A stretch of 64,000 nucleotides of DNA from Desulfatiglandales bacterium (GCA_963667015.2 CAXXJJ010000004.1:3680001-3744000), one strand, 5' to 3'; positions 22,472 through 33,347 are shown, counted from the first letter of the stretch. Program-made: numbers and translations. Notes: generated from the letters alone by a model not told the origin.

Positions 22472-22594
22472 AATATTAATTATACATTTTTGTTTACTTA
22501 AATCCTTAAAACAGGAAAGGGTAAATCCCTTTAAAGATGAGATATATACCCTTTCCCTGATAATTTATCAACAACGATGATTATTCATCATAAT

Positions 22595-23110
22595 TTAGCC
22601 GGCAGGCTCGATTATACCGAGATTTCCATCCTTTCGCTTGTAGATGACATTTATTTCACCTGATCGTGAATTCCTGAAGACAAGAAAGTCCTGCGGAGAC
22701 ATTGTAAACTGCATTGCCGCTTCTTCCTGGTCCATTGGCTTGGCGACCAGCTTTTCTACCTCTATAACCGGCTCATCTGCTGTAGAGTCAATTTCATCTG
22801 CCGGTCCGGCCCCTGATTTTGTTCGTCGGTTCCTTATCTTGTCCCTGTATCTTTTTACCTGTATTTCAATTTTATCCATTACCTGGTCAATGGCAGAATA
22901 CATATCCTCGGTTTCCTCTTCTGCCTTGATTACTGCTCCGTTAACATTCAGTGTGACATCGGCCATTCTTCTGAATTTTTCAGCAGTAAGCACAATATGC
23001 GCTTCAACGGGATAATCGAAATATTTATCTATCTTTGATATTTTATCTTCTGCATATTCTTTTAAACTTTCTGTTGATTCTACATGTCTGAACGTTACAG
23101 TAATGTCCAT
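22595..23110 (-). CDS. hpf: Ribosome hibernation promoting factor (long HPF)
   Basis: DMYSAID...KIE.Q, KPM..EEAAMQ. Confidence 0.95.
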   Translation of the reverse strand: MDITVTFRHVESTESLKEYAEDKISKIDKYFDYPVEAHIVLTAEKFRRMADVTLNVNGAVIKAEEETEDMYSAIDQVMDKIEIQVKRYRDKIRNRRTKSGAGPADEIDSTADEPVIEVEKLVAKPMDQEEAAMQFTMSPQDFLVFRNSRSGEINVIYKRKDGNLGIIEPAG

Positions 23111-23224
23111 ATAAAACCTCCTGTAGAGTTAAAAAATAAAGTTTATGTGCCGGAAAAATGATCCTCGTTAAAATGTTATTTTTTCAATATCTGAATAACT
23201 GATCGTTTTAGATCAATATAATCA

Positions 23225-24673
23225 TTAAAATAACTCACGTCTTTTTCTGGAAGGCAAAATTCCCAAAGTTTCTCTATATTTTGCCACTGTCCTGCGGGCA
23301 ACATCGATATTATGGTTTTTTAAAAGATCAGCCACTTCCTGATCACTGAAAGGTTTACTTTTATTTTCCGATTTAATTATATTTCTTATATGCTCTTTCA
23401 CGCTCTCCGAGGCAATAGAATCGCCTTCCATACTGTTGATTGCACTGTTAAAAAAATATTTTAATTCAAAAACACCCTGGGGAGTGTGAACATATTTATT
23501 GGTTGTCACCCTGCTTATTGTGGATTCATGCATCTGTATATGCTCGGCAACATCCCTTAATACGAGCGGTTTAAGATGAGTGACTCCATGATCAAAAAAC
23601 TTTCTCTGAAACTGAACAATGCTCTCGGTTACCTTGTATATTGTTCTCTGCCTCTGATGTATGCTCTTTATCAGCCATGCCGCCGATTTCATCTTATCAA
23701 GGATATACTCCTTTGTTTTATCATCACTGTCAGCAGAGTCATTGTCACTTAGAATATCTTTGTAATAATTATTTATTTTCAGCTTGGGCAGCCCGTCTTC
23801 GTTGAGAACGATTTCATAATCATCCCCGACCTTAAAAACATAAATATCAGGACTTATGTAGATAGTGTCTTCTTCATTGTAGAGCCGACCCGGTTTGGGC
23901 TCCAGGTTGGTAATAATTTCAACGGCCTTCAGAACATCGGGGATTGTTATGGAAAGATTTTTTGCTATTTTGTCATATCTCTTGTTTTCCAGGCTGTCCA
24001 TGTGTTCCATTATGATTCTTTCAACCTCAGAACCTTCAAGATTCTGAAACCTGACCTGGATAAGAAGACATTCCCTTGTATCCCTGGCAGCAACTCCAAC
24101 CGGATCAAAGTTTTGTATTGCGTCAAGGGTGTACAAAACCTCTTCCTCTGAAGAACCGGTGGCCTCCATCAGCTCTTCAATTGTAATCTGGAGGTATCCG
24201 TCATCATCAATATTTCCGATGATCTGAAAACCAATTTCTCTCTGCTGATCATTCAGCTGGCTCATGGAAAGCTGCCACAAGAGGTGTGAACTAAGGCTTG
24301 TCCTCTCCTGGTTCATATTTTCAAAGGCAGGGGCGTCCTTGCCCTGATAGGGTGTATCAGCCCACCCGGTATTGTATTCCGACAGATATGATTCCCAGTC
24401 AACATCATCATGGTTGACATTTTCTTCAATGGTAATTTCCTTGGTTGGCTGTTCTTCAGATGAAGGAACGATCTCTTCCATGCTTTCGCTGCCATCACCG
24501 TCAGTATCTCCGGAGGCATGTTCATCCAGGAGGGGGTTTGTTTCCATTTCCTGAGTAATTGTTTCAAGCAGTTCGAGCCTGGAGAGCTGCAGCAGTTTAA
24601 TAGCTTGTTGCAGCTGTGGTGTCATAATGAGCTGCTGTGACAGACTGAGAGATTGTTTTAGTTGAAGAGCCAT
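23225..24673 (-). CDS. rpoN: RNA polymerase sigma-54 factor
   Basis: MTPQLQQAIKLLQL, HESTISR, RpoN box ARRTVAKYR. Confidence 0.99.
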   Translation of the reverse strand: MALQLKQSLSLSQQLIMTPQLQQAIKLLQLSRLELLETITQEMETNPLLDEHASGDTDGDGSESMEEIVPSSEEQPTKEITIEENVNHDDVDWESYLSEYNTGWADTPYQGKDAPAFENMNQERTSLSSHLLWQLSMSQLNDQQREIGFQIIGNIDDDGYLQITIEELMEATGSSEEEVLYTLDAIQNFDPVGVAARDTRECLLIQVRFQNLEGSEVERIIMEHMDSLENKRYDKIAKNLSITIPDVLKAVEIITNLEPKPGRLYNEEDTIYISPDIYVFKVGDDYEIVLNEDGLPKLKINNYYKDILSDNDSADSDDKTKEYILDKMKSAAWLIKSIHQRQRTIYKVTESIVQFQRKFFDHGVTHLKPLVLRDVAEHIQMHESTISRVTTNKYVHTPQGVFELKYFFNSAINSMEGDSIASESVKEHIRNIIKSENKSKPFSDQEVADLLKNHNIDVARRTVAKYRETLGILPSRKRRELF

Positions 24674-24706
24674 TTGACCTTTATTTCTATTGCTTTATTG
24701 TTGTCG

Positions 24707-25441
24707 TTACATGTAAAAATCTTCACCCAGATAACAGCTCCTGGCAATCTTGCTGTTCAGGATATCTTCGGGTGACCCATATTCAACTATATTACCATGG
24801 TTGATTAAATATGCAGCATCACATACATCAAGCGTTTCCCTGACATTATGATCCGATATTATAATTCCTATTCCTCTCTCCTTCAGCCGCCTGATAATCT
24901 GTTTTATATCATTAATTATGAGAGGGTCAATCCCTGCAAAGGGTTCATCAAGCAGCATAAATCTCGGTTCAGATACAAGGGCCCGGGAAATTTCCAGTCT
25001 TCTTCTTTCTCCGCCTGAAAGAGAAGAGGCATTCTGCTTTGCCAGATGAGTTATGTCAAGTTCATCAAGATATGAATTCATCTTCTCCTTTATTCCTGCT
25101 GAAGTGTAGTTATTTCCTTCAATAACCGCGAGCATGTTTTCTTCGACAGTGAGTTTCCTGAAAACAGATGGTTCCTGCGGGAGGTAACTTATCCCTTTTC
25201 TTGCCCTTATGTACATCGGGTCAGCTGTAATGTCCTGGCCGTCAAGTATTATATGACCCTCATCAGGCCTTACACGGCCTATCATCATATAAAAACTGGT
25301 TGTCTTACCTGCACCGTTTGGACCAAGCAATCCTATGATAGAGCTTCGTTCAACACTTATATTGACTTTATTAACAACCCTTTTGCCTTTGTATATCTTG
25401 GCGATGTCCTTTGCTTCGAGCTTTTCAACCGGGATTGACAA
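24707..25441 (-). CDS. lptB: LPS export ABC ATPase
   Basis: GPNGAGKTT, YLPQEPSVFRKL, LSGGERRR, DEPFAGIDP. Confidence 0.96.
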   Translation of the reverse strand: MSIPVEKLEAKDIAKIYKGKRVVNKVNISVERSSIIGLLGPNGAGKTTSFYMMIGRVRPDEGHIILDGQDITADPMYIRARKGISYLPQEPSVFRKLTVEENMLAVIEGNNYTSAGIKEKMNSYLDELDITHLAKQNASSLSGGERRRLEISRALVSEPRFMLLDEPFAGIDPLIINDIKQIIRRLKERGIGIIISDHNVRETLDVCDAAYLINHGNIVEYGSPEDILNSKIARSCYLGEDFYM

Positions 25442-25446
25442 GTTAT

Positions 25447-26007
25447 TTACCTTTCATCCCTGCCGGAATCGATCCTGATCTTTGCTTTTGCTTTATTTTC
25501 TTTAGTCCCCTGAACATGAAAACTTTCTTCCTTTATATTCAGAGTAATAACAGTCCCCGGCTCACCGCCTTCATATTTGTCACCGTACTTTATGTAAGGA
25601 TTGCCTGTCAAAACAATCTCTTCCGAATCTGGATAATATACTGCCTGATCAGCTGTAGCTTTACCTGTCTCGGACCCGGTAATTGTAATCACAACTGATT
25701 CGGCAGCAACAATCTTTTCTATATCAGGTTTGCTTTCTCCTCCGGATAAATCCTTGAGAGAGCCTTTAAAAAACAGCTCAAGCCTCTGACATTTCATATT
25801 TATGCCTTCACCCGAAACGTCCACATCCCCGGCAAACGCAAACACCGATTTTTTAAATTCAAGCTTATAGGAGACCGAGGTAATAATTATCTGTCCGTTT
25901 TTTGTTTCAAAAATACTCCTGGTTTTGCTGGTTTCCGGATAGACGTTCACCGAAAATAATAAGAGAAAAGTAATTAATGTGAGACAGATGCTTGGTTTCA
26001 GTTTCAT
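25447..26007 (-). CDS. lptA: LptA/OstA family periplasmic protein
   Basis: Signal peptide, ATADQAVY...IVLTGNP; lies between lptC and lptB. Confidence 0.8.
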   Translation of the reverse strand: MKLKPSICLTLITFLLLFSVNVYPETSKTRSIFETKNGQIIITSVSYKLEFKKSVFAFAGDVDVSGEGINMKCQRLELFFKGSLKDLSGGESKPDIEKIVAAESVVITITGSETGKATADQAVYYPDSEEIVLTGNPYIKYGDKYEGGEPGTVITLNIKEESFHVQGTKENKAKAKIRIDSGRDER

Positions 26008-26576
26008 AAATTTAAGGACTCTATATCAATTGTCGAATTTATATCTTTAAGTAATTCCAGTGTTTCCTTATTTAAATCCATAAACAAACCCTTGCCGGTC
26101 ATTGTAAAAAAAGGGCCAACAAAGGTTACTGTATCATCTGATTTTATAGTGCCTTCTTTATCATTAAGCAGCAACTGTTCTGTATAAACCATGTAGCCGT
26201 TACTGGTTTTCCCTTTAAGATCGCCGGAAAATATGATTTCGTCTTTTATTCTGTTAATCTCTCCGCTGTTCCCTTCCAGATCAAAATCAAGCCCATCTTC
26301 CGCATGTAATTTAATCCTGAATTTCTTAAACCGGCCAATCCCTTCTTTCAGTGAGCCGCCAGCTTCTTCAGCTTTCAGCTCCCACGTAACACCTTTATCG
26401 GGATCCAGCTGAATTGCCTCAAAATTTTTTGAGCTGAAATCCTCTGCTGGAGAGACTTCTTCGGAGATCAGCTCCTCCGGATCTTCCCCTCCGGATCTCA
26501 TCATAAAAAAGCCTATTGCTGTTAATAAAAGGGCAATCCCCAGTAATGGCAGTAATTTAATTGGGAGCTTGGCCAT
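26004..26576 (-). CDS. lptC: LPS export protein LptC
   Basis: N-terminal TM helix, WELKAEEA, operon position. Confidence 0.8.
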   Translation of the reverse strand: MAKLPIKLLPLLGIALLLTAIGFFMMRSGGEDPEELISEEVSPAEDFSSKNFEAIQLDPDKGVTWELKAEEAGGSLKEGIGRFKKFRIKLHAEDGLDFDLEGNSGEINRIKDEIIFSGDLKGKTSNGYMVYTEQLLLNDKEGTIKSDDTVTFVGPFFTMTGKGLFMDLNKETLELLKDINSTIDIESLNL

Positions 26577-26606
26577 ATTGCAATAATTATACCAGAAACA
26601 ATTTTA

Positions 26607-27143
26607 TTATGTAAAGCCTAATTTATTTTTTTCCTGTATTCCATTTATTTTGGGCCAGGCGCCCTTTGCCTTGAGGATTATCTCGCACATTTCCCTTACA
26701 GCACCATATCCTCCCGGTGCCTTTGTAACATAAAGGGCTGATTTTCGTGCTTCATATGCTGCATCTGCAACTGCGACCGGCAGACCGGCACAGTTAAACA
26801 TGGGTATATCCGGAAGATCATCTCCCATACAGCAGACCTCTTCTTTTTTAAGACCCTTTTCTTCCATTATCCTTTTACAAACTAATTCTTTATTCTTAAT
26901 CCCCTGATATACGATGGGAATTTCCAGGTCAGCTGCCCTGCGTTTAACAGTTTCAGATTCCCGTCCGGTAATTATTGCTACATCTATTCCGGCCTTCAAT
27001 AAAAGCCTGATACCATGACCATCTTTTACATTAAAAAATTTTATCTCCTGCCCCAGGTCGTTCATAACAATACGTCCGTCTGTCATTACTCCGTCGACAT
27101 CAAGTACGAGTATCTTAATTTTTTTTGCTTTCTCATCTATCAT
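26607..27143 (-). CDS. kdsC: KDO-8-phosphate phosphatase
   Basis: LDVDGVMTDG, FNVKDG, GDDLPD, GAVRE. Confidence 0.95.
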   Translation of the reverse strand: MIDEKAKKIKILVLDVDGVMTDGRIVMNDLGQEIKFFNVKDGHGIRLLLKAGIDVAIITGRESETVKRRAADLEIPIVYQGIKNKELVCKRIMEEKGLKKEEVCCMGDDLPDIPMFNCAGLPVAVADAAYEARKSALYVTKAPGGYGAVREMCEIILKAKGAWPKINGIQEKNKLGFT

Positions 27144-27161
27144 CCTGGCTATCTCCGGACC

Positions 27162-27980
27162 TTAATTAACAAGACTGTGAATATCCTTGAGCAGTATCAA
27201 AAGCGGCTTAACCTGTTCAAGAGGCAGCGAATTCGGGCCGTCACACAGGGCTGAATCAGGATCAGGGTGCACCTCCATAAATACACCGCTGGCCCCGGCG
27301 GCAACCGATGCCCGGGCAAGATACTCCGCATACTCCCTCTGCCCCCCTGAGCTTGTACCATCGCCTCCCGGGAGCTGAACACTGTGGGTTGCATCAAAAA
27401 TCACAGGAAATCCGAAACTTTTCATTATGGGTATGCCCCTGAAATCGACAACAAGGTTATTATACCCAAAAAAGGTACCCCTTTCGGTAAGCATGATATT
27501 TTTATTGCCGGTTGAAAGGACCTTGTTAACGGCCTGCCTGAAATCAAGGGGGGAAACAAACTGGCCTTTTTTAATATTAACAGTCAAACCGGATTGACCC
27601 GCCTTAACAAGAAGATCTGTCTGCCTGCTTAAAAACGCCGGGATTTGCAGCACATCAAGCACTTCAGCAGCCTTGCCGACTTCTTCACAGCTGTGGATAT
27701 CCGAAAGCACGGGAAGCCCTGTCTCTTCCTTCACCTTATTGATAATCTCCAGCCCTTTTTCAATACCTGGACCCCTGTATGAAGTGACTGAAGTCCGGTT
27801 TGCCTTGTCATAGGATGTTTTAAATATGACCGGAATATCCAGCTTTTCGGATGTCTCCTTTAAAAAAGCTGCCACGCGCAGGGTAATATCTTCATTTTCG
27901 ATAACACAAGGGCCGGCGATAATAAAAAAAGGACCCTTTTCTTCAATTGCAATATTCCCTGCATAAACTGTGTTACCCAT
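27162..27980 (-). CDS. kdsA: KDO-8-phosphate synthase
   Basis: AGPCVIE, DKANRTS, KKGQF, DATHSVQ; probable start ATG 27980. Confidence 0.97.
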   Translation of the reverse strand: MGNTVYAGNIAIEEKGPFFIIAGPCVIENEDITLRVAAFLKETSEKLDIPVIFKTSYDKANRTSVTSYRGPGIEKGLEIINKVKEETGLPVLSDIHSCEEVGKAAEVLDVLQIPAFLSRQTDLLVKAGQSGLTVNIKKGQFVSPLDFRQAVNKVLSTGNKNIMLTERGTFFGYNNLVVDFRGIPIMKSFGFPVIFDATHSVQLPGGDGTSSGGQREYAEYLARASVAAGASGVFMEVHPDPDSALCDGPNSLPLEQVKPLLILLKDIHSLVN

Positions 27981-28219
27981 AGTGTCCTCTCCGGTTAACA
28001 TTAGTGAAACATAGGCTGAATTATTTTAATAAAAAACCATATCCGGTTGTGAAAAATTTAATGCTTATAGAAAGGGTATTTAAATGTCAAGTAAACAACA
28101 TGCACACAAACTTTTACTTGTGCTATCTATGTTTTAGAACTATCATTACCCCCTTCTGTTCCTTGAAGGCAGATTTGAAATAAGCGTTAAATAAAAAGGC
28201 AAACCGGAGGTAGAACAAG

Positions 28220-29404
28220 GTGGCAAGAAAAAAAATAACCAGAACAATTGAAGAGATCAACAAAAAGATCAAGTCAGGAAAGGCTGTTGTTGTAAGGGCC
28301 GATGAAATGACAGAGATCGTAAAAGAGAAAGGTGCAAGCGCGGCAGCAGCGGAAATAGATGTTGTTACAACAGGAACCTTCTCTACAATGTGTTCTTCCG
28401 GCGCCTTTATCAATTTTGGACACACAAAACCTACAATGAAGGCATCAAAGGTCTGGTTTAACAATGTGCCGGCCTACGCAGGAATTGCCGCGGTAGACGT
28501 GTATCTCGGAGTAACTGAAGTGGCGGAGGATGACCCGCTTAACGGAGTTCATCCGGGGCAGTTCAAATACGGCGGAGGTCATGTTATCCAGGATCTCATT
28601 GCCGGAAAAAAGGTTACCCTTAAGGCAACATCCTATGGAACCGACTGCTATCCCAGGAAAGAATTTGAAAAACGGGTCAGGCTTTCTGATCTGCCTTCTG
28701 CAACACTCCTGAACCCAAGGAATGCTTATCAGAACTACAACTGTGCAGTGAACCTTACATCAAAAACCATATACACCTACATGGGTGTCTTGAAGCCCCA
28801 GGCAGGGAACGCAAATTATGCAACTGCTGGGTATCTCAGCCCCCTGTTCAACGATCCCTATTACCTGACAATGGGAATGGGTACCAGGATTTTTATTGGC
28901 GGTGCACAGGGATATATAATAGGCCCCGGGACACAGCACAACCCCGATGCAGCCAGAGGCAAAAATGGTGTTCCGCTATCCGGAGCAGGAACGCTCATGT
29001 TAATGGGAGACATGAAGGAGATGGATCCGAAATGGGTTACAGGGGTAAGTATACTTGGTTATGGCACATCGCTGGCACTGGGAGTAGGCGTCCCCATACC
29101 GATCCTTAATGAGGATATGGCCCGCTATACTGGTATATCTGATGAGGAGATTTTTACTCAGATAATAGACTACGGCGGCGAATATCCGACCGGAGAGACA
29201 AAAAGCCTGGGCAAGGTAAGCTATGCCCAGCTGAAAAGCGGAACAATAAAATTTAACGGGAAGGATATACCGACGGTTCCCGTCTCTTCACATGTAAGGG
29301 CACTGGAAGTGGCAGACATTTTAAAATCCTGGATTAAGAAAGGAGATTTTCTTCTTACACAACCTCAGGTCATGCTGCCCACAGCAAAACGATCCAGAAA
29401 ATAA
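28220..29404 (+). CDS. Homocysteine biosynthesis enzyme (DUF39, aspartate-semialdehyde sulfurtransferase type)
   Basis: DVVTTGTF..MCSSGA, YGGGHVI, TDCYPR, NPRNAYQNY, GTQHNP. Confidence 0.88.
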   Translation: MARKKITRTIEEINKKIKSGKAVVVRADEMTEIVKEKGASAAAAEIDVVTTGTFSTMCSSGAFINFGHTKPTMKASKVWFNNVPAYAGIAAVDVYLGVTEVAEDDPLNGVHPGQFKYGGGHVIQDLIAGKKVTLKATSYGTDCYPRKEFEKRVRLSDLPSATLLNPRNAYQNYNCAVNLTSKTIYTYMGVLKPQAGNANYATAGYLSPLFNDPYYLTMGMGTRIFIGGAQGYIIGPGTQHNPDAARGKNGVPLSGAGTLMLMGDMKEMDPKWVTGVSILGYGTSLALGVGVPIPILNEDMARYTGISDEEIFTQIIDYGGEYPTGETKSLGKVSYAQLKSGTIKFNGKDIPTVPVSSHVRALEVADILKSWIKKGDFLLTQPQVMLPTAKRSRK

Positions 29405-29443
29405 TACGCTCATACCTATGGGCATGCAAGGTCTGCTGGGCTT

Positions 29444-30208
29444 ATGATTATCAATGAAAGTTTTTCTGAGGGAAATTCCTTTATTCACAGGCTTGATCCA
29501 AGGATAAAATTACTGGCTGCATTTCTCTTTTCAGTTGTAATATCCGTTTCAAGCAGGGCTTTCCCTCTTTTATTTGCCTTTTTATTAGCCTTTACGCTCC
29601 TCATGACCGCCAGGCTTCCACTGAAAACCGTGTTGTTGCGACTTCTCTTTGCAAACCTGTTTATTCTTTTTTTGTGGGTATTCATTCCCTTTACCATGAA
29701 GGGGGAAGCGCTTATTCACCTTGGACCGCTTGCAGTAACAAAGGAAGGACTGCTTTACTGTCTTCTGTTAACCATAAAATCAAATTCGATATTGATCATC
29801 CTGATTGTCCTTACAGCCACCATGCCTGTGTTTACAATGGGCAGGGCAATGGGTTCTTTTGGAGTCCCGGCAAAGATAGTTAATCTCTTTATCTTTTCCT
29901 ACAGGTATATCCATGCTATTCTGCTTGAGTATAAAAGGTTAAAGGAGGCAATGGATATAAGAGGATTTCGCCCGAAAACAAATATGCATACATACAGGTC
30001 CTATGCCTATCTGGTCGGAATGCTCATAGTAAAAAGTCATGACCGTGCCGAGCGAGTTCATTCGGCAATGATCTGCAGGGGTTTTCAGGGGAAATTTTTT
30101 GACCTGACAGAATTTTCTGTTAAAGGAATAGATTTTTTATTTATTATAATTTTTATTATATGCCTTATGGCGATAGCACTTATTCAATGGCCGATACTGA
30201 TATCCTGA
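29444..30208 (+). CDS. cbiQ: Co/Ni ECF transporter T component
   Basis: HRLDPRIK, YRYI, RGF.P, RAERV..AM..RGF. Confidence 0.9.
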   Translation: MIINESFSEGNSFIHRLDPRIKLLAAFLFSVVISVSSRAFPLLFAFLLAFTLLMTARLPLKTVLLRLLFANLFILFLWVFIPFTMKGEALIHLGPLAVTKEGLLYCLLLTIKSNSILIILIVLTATMPVFTMGRAMGSFGVPAKIVNLFIFSYRYIHAILLEYKRLKEAMDIRGFRPKTNMHTYRSYAYLVGMLIVKSHDRAERVHSAMICRGFQGKFFDLTEFSVKGIDFLFIIIFIICLMAIALIQWPILIS

Positions 30209-30927
30209 TAAATCTTGAAAATATTTCATTTATTTACCCTGGCGGAAAAAGGGTCCTTGAAGAACTTGATCTGTGCCTTCATAAAAATGAAAGGCTTGGA
30301 CTGATCGGACCAAACGGAAGCGGGAAAACGACCCTGTTCAGATTGATCATGGGACTCTTAAAACCGACTTCAGGAAGGCTTACTATCTTTGGCAGGGAAA
30401 TGACCAGTAAAAAAGACTTTCTGCCGGCAAGACAACAGATCGGCCTGCTGTTTCAGGATGCAGATGACCAGTTGTTCAGCCCAACAGTACTGGATGATGT
30501 GGCGTTCGGGCCCTTGAACCAGGGGAAAAGTCCGAAAGAGGCAAAGGAAATTTCCAGGGATATACTTTCATCTCTGGGATTAAAGGATTTTGAGGACAGG
30601 GTAACATATAAACTCTCGGGAGGAGAAAAAAAGCTCGTATCTCTGGCTACAGTACTTGCAATGAAACCCAGAGTGCTGCTGCTTGATGAACCGACAACAG
30701 GCCTTGATGTTGAGACCACCCAAAAAATAATCCGCGTTCTGGAAGACATTGACGTATCAAGTATCATTATATCGCATGATATGGATTTTATCCGGCACAC
30801 AGCAGGAACTATCTATGGCATGGCCGGGGGTAAAATCCTTCCGGACAGGGGCGAATATGCCCACAGCCATGTTCATGTTCATGGTCACGGAGAGGTTCCC
30901 CATGTTCACTCGGATATTTCTGACTGA
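30187..30927 (+). CDS. cbiO: Co/Ni ECF transporter ATPase with His-rich tail
   Basis: GPNGSGKTT, FQDADDQLF, LSGGEKK; tail HSHVHVHGHG. Confidence 0.9.
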   Translation: MADTDILINLENISFIYPGGKRVLEELDLCLHKNERLGLIGPNGSGKTTLFRLIMGLLKPTSGRLTIFGREMTSKKDFLPARQQIGLLFQDADDQLFSPTVLDDVAFGPLNQGKSPKEAKEISRDILSSLGLKDFEDRVTYKLSGGEKKLVSLATVLAMKPRVLLLDEPTTGLDVETTQKIIRVLEDIDVSSIIISHDMDFIRHTAGTIYGMAGGKILPDRGEYAHSHVHVHGHGEVPHVHSDISD

Positions 30928-31042
30928 CAGGACAGGGTTACAAAGGCAGGGGATAAACCGCCGGTAATGGTCGGGGAATCTGTCCCATTTTTTAAAGGTC
31001 TTTCATCCCTGTAAATCCAGACAGTTATAGCCGGCATATTAC

Positions 31043-31070
31043 TTGACATAGCAAATTTAGATACTATAAT
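31043..31070 (+). promoter_or_regulatory. Sigma-70 promoter of the feoB operon
   Basis: TTGACA-16 nt-TATAAT. Confidence 0.75.
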
Positions 31071-31167
31071 TGGAAACAGTTTTATATTTACAGCGAATAT
31101 AATTAATTTTTACCAACTAAACCCGGATCGATCAGTTAACCACTTTTCGATCCGGTTTTTATTATAT

Positions 31168-33165
31168 GTGTTTCCGGAGGTTTTACTCTTGAGCCCGAGC
31201 GGTCACGATACTAAAAAGCAGCTTGATTACATTGAGAAGGACAAAATAATACTTGTCGGAAATCCCAATGTGGGCAAAAGTGTCATCTTCGGGCTTTTAA
31301 CCGGGAAATATGTCACAGTATCCAATTATCCCGGAACAACGGTAGAGGTCTCCAGGGCCTTTTCTCGTTTCGGCAAAAAAAAATATCTGGTGATAGATAC
31401 CCCCGGGACAAACAGCCTCATCCCGCAGTCTGAAGACGAAAAGGTTACCCGTGATATCCTTCTTGAAGAAGAGGCTGAAATAGTTGTTCAGGTGGCTGAT
31501 TCAAAAAATCTGAGAAGAGGTCTTTCAATAAGCCTTCAGCTGTCAGAGATGGAAATCCCCTTTGTTCTTGACATAAACATGATTGATGAGGCCAGGAGCA
31601 GGGGCATATATATTGATGCAAAAAAACTTTCTCAACTCCTCGGAACTGAGGTAATACCAACCGTTGCCACACGCAGGCAGGGAATTAATCAGCTCGTAAA
31701 AAGTATAGCAAATCCGGTTAAGCCGAACGTAACTGTAGACTATGGCGAAAATATAGAATCCGTAATACACAGAATACAGGATCTGGTTTCCGAAAAGGAA
31801 AAAATTACCAGATTGATTGCAATAATGTTTCTGGCAGGAGAACACGGAATAGAGAAATGGTTTTCCGGCCGGTTCGGAATGGATGCCCTTGAAAAGGCTG
31901 AATCAATTAGACATTCATTGCAATCCGGATATTCATCACCTCTCAGCTATATAATTAATAAACGCCGGATGGCAAAGGTTGATGAAATATTAAAAGAGGT
32001 CCAGACAAAGGATGAAATGGCAAGGGGGAATAATTTTGCCCAGACTTTTGGAAGACTTTCTATGCATCCGGTGTGGGGAATCCCCATCCTTCTGATGATC
32101 CTCTACCTTACATATAAAATAGTAGGAGAATTCGGGGCAGGGACCTGCGTTGACTTTCTGGAAAGTGTCGTCTTTGGCGAGTATGTAAATCCTTTTTTAG
32201 CAAAGATAGTTAACTCAATAACCGACAGTCAGTTTATTAGGGAGTTTCTCATAGGTGAGTACGGCCTTTTCACCATGGCCTTTACTTATGCCATTGCGAT
32301 CGTTCTCCCCATTGTAGGGTTCTTTTTCCTTATCTTCGGGCTTATGGAAGACTCCGGCTATATGCCGAGGCTTGCCATAATGGTTAACAGGATCTTTAAA
32401 ACGATCGGCCTTAACGGAACAGCGATTCTGCCCATGATACTCGGGCTTGGCTGTGCAACAATGGCAACCCTTACAGCAAGGATTCTGCCCAGCAAAAAAG
32501 AACGGGTGATAGTTACACTGTTGCTGGCACTCGCGATTCCATGCTCGGCCCAGCTTGGAGTGATTTTTGGCGGAACATCCACAATATCACCCTGGGCCAC
32601 TGTAATCTGGGCGGCTGTTATAATCTTCGTCATCTTTGTTGTTGGTTTTGTATCATCTATTGTAATCCCGGGTAATAAATCCGATTTTATACTTGAAACA
32701 CCGCCCATCAGGATGCCAAAGGTTTCAAATATTGTTATTAAAACCTTTGCACGGCTCGAATGGTATCTGAAAGAGGCGGTTCCCCTTTTCATGCTCGGCA
32801 CAATAATACTTTTTACACTTGAGAAACTTGGCGCACTGACCATGATTCAAAACGCGGCAGCCCCCCTGGTGGTTAACCTGCTCGGTCTGCCCAAGGAGGT
32901 AGCCGGGGCCTTTGTAATGGGATTTTTAAGGAGGGATTACGCGGCAGTTCTTATTGTCAAGGAAGCCAATCTGGATCCTGTTCAAATGCTTGTAGCCCTT
33001 GTAACCATCACCCTGTTTGTACCCTGTATCGCAAACATGTTTATAATGATAAAGGAGCGGGGAATAAAAACCGCTGCAGCAATAGTATCCTTTATTTTTG
33101 TTTTTGCTTTTCTTTTCGGCGGACTCTTTAATTTTTTACTGCATGCTTTAAGGATCAGCCTATGA
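31168..33165 (+). CDS. feoB: Ferrous iron transporter B
   Basis: GNPNVGKS, NYPGTTV, DTPG, EDSGYMPR, IPCSAQ. Confidence 0.96.
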   Translation: MFPEVLLLSPSGHDTKKQLDYIEKDKIILVGNPNVGKSVIFGLLTGKYVTVSNYPGTTVEVSRAFSRFGKKKYLVIDTPGTNSLIPQSEDEKVTRDILLEEEAEIVVQVADSKNLRRGLSISLQLSEMEIPFVLDINMIDEARSRGIYIDAKKLSQLLGTEVIPTVATRRQGINQLVKSIANPVKPNVTVDYGENIESVIHRIQDLVSEKEKITRLIAIMFLAGEHGIEKWFSGRFGMDALEKAESIRHSLQSGYSSPLSYIINKRRMAKVDEILKEVQTKDEMARGNNFAQTFGRLSMHPVWGIPILLMILYLTYKIVGEFGAGTCVDFLESVVFGEYVNPFLAKIVNSITDSQFIREFLIGEYGLFTMAFTYAIAIVLPIVGFFFLIFGLMEDSGYMPRLAIMVNRIFKTIGLNGTAILPMILGLGCATMATLTARILPSKKERVIVTLLLALAIPCSAQLGVIFGGTSTISPWATVIWAAVIIFVIFVVGFVSSIVIPGNKSDFILETPPIRMPKVSNIVIKTFARLEWYLKEAVPLFMLGTIILFTLEKLGALTMIQNAAAPLVVNLLGLPKEVAGAFVMGFLRRDYAAVLIVKEANLDPVQMLVALVTITLFVPCIANMFIMIKERGIKTAAAIVSFIFVFAFLFGGLFNFLLHALRISL

Positions 33166-33347
33166 AATGCGCCCTTTGCGGATATGAGTTTTCTCCTGAG
33201 GAGGCAGAATGTGAAGGATGTGCCATTAATAAAAGCTGCAAGACAATCTGCTGCCCGCATTGCGGATACAGGACAGTGGAAAAATCCGGCATACTGAACT
33301 GGATAAAAAAGGTAACAGGAGGAAAGAAAAATGTTACTGACAAATGA
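33162..33347 (+). CDS. Small Cys-rich FeoB-associated protein
   Basis: CALC...CEGC...C...CCPHC; overlaps both neighbouring genes. Confidence 0.8.
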   Translation: MKCALCGYEFSPEEAECEGCAINKSCKTICCPHCGYRTVEKSGILNWIKKVTGGKKNVTDK

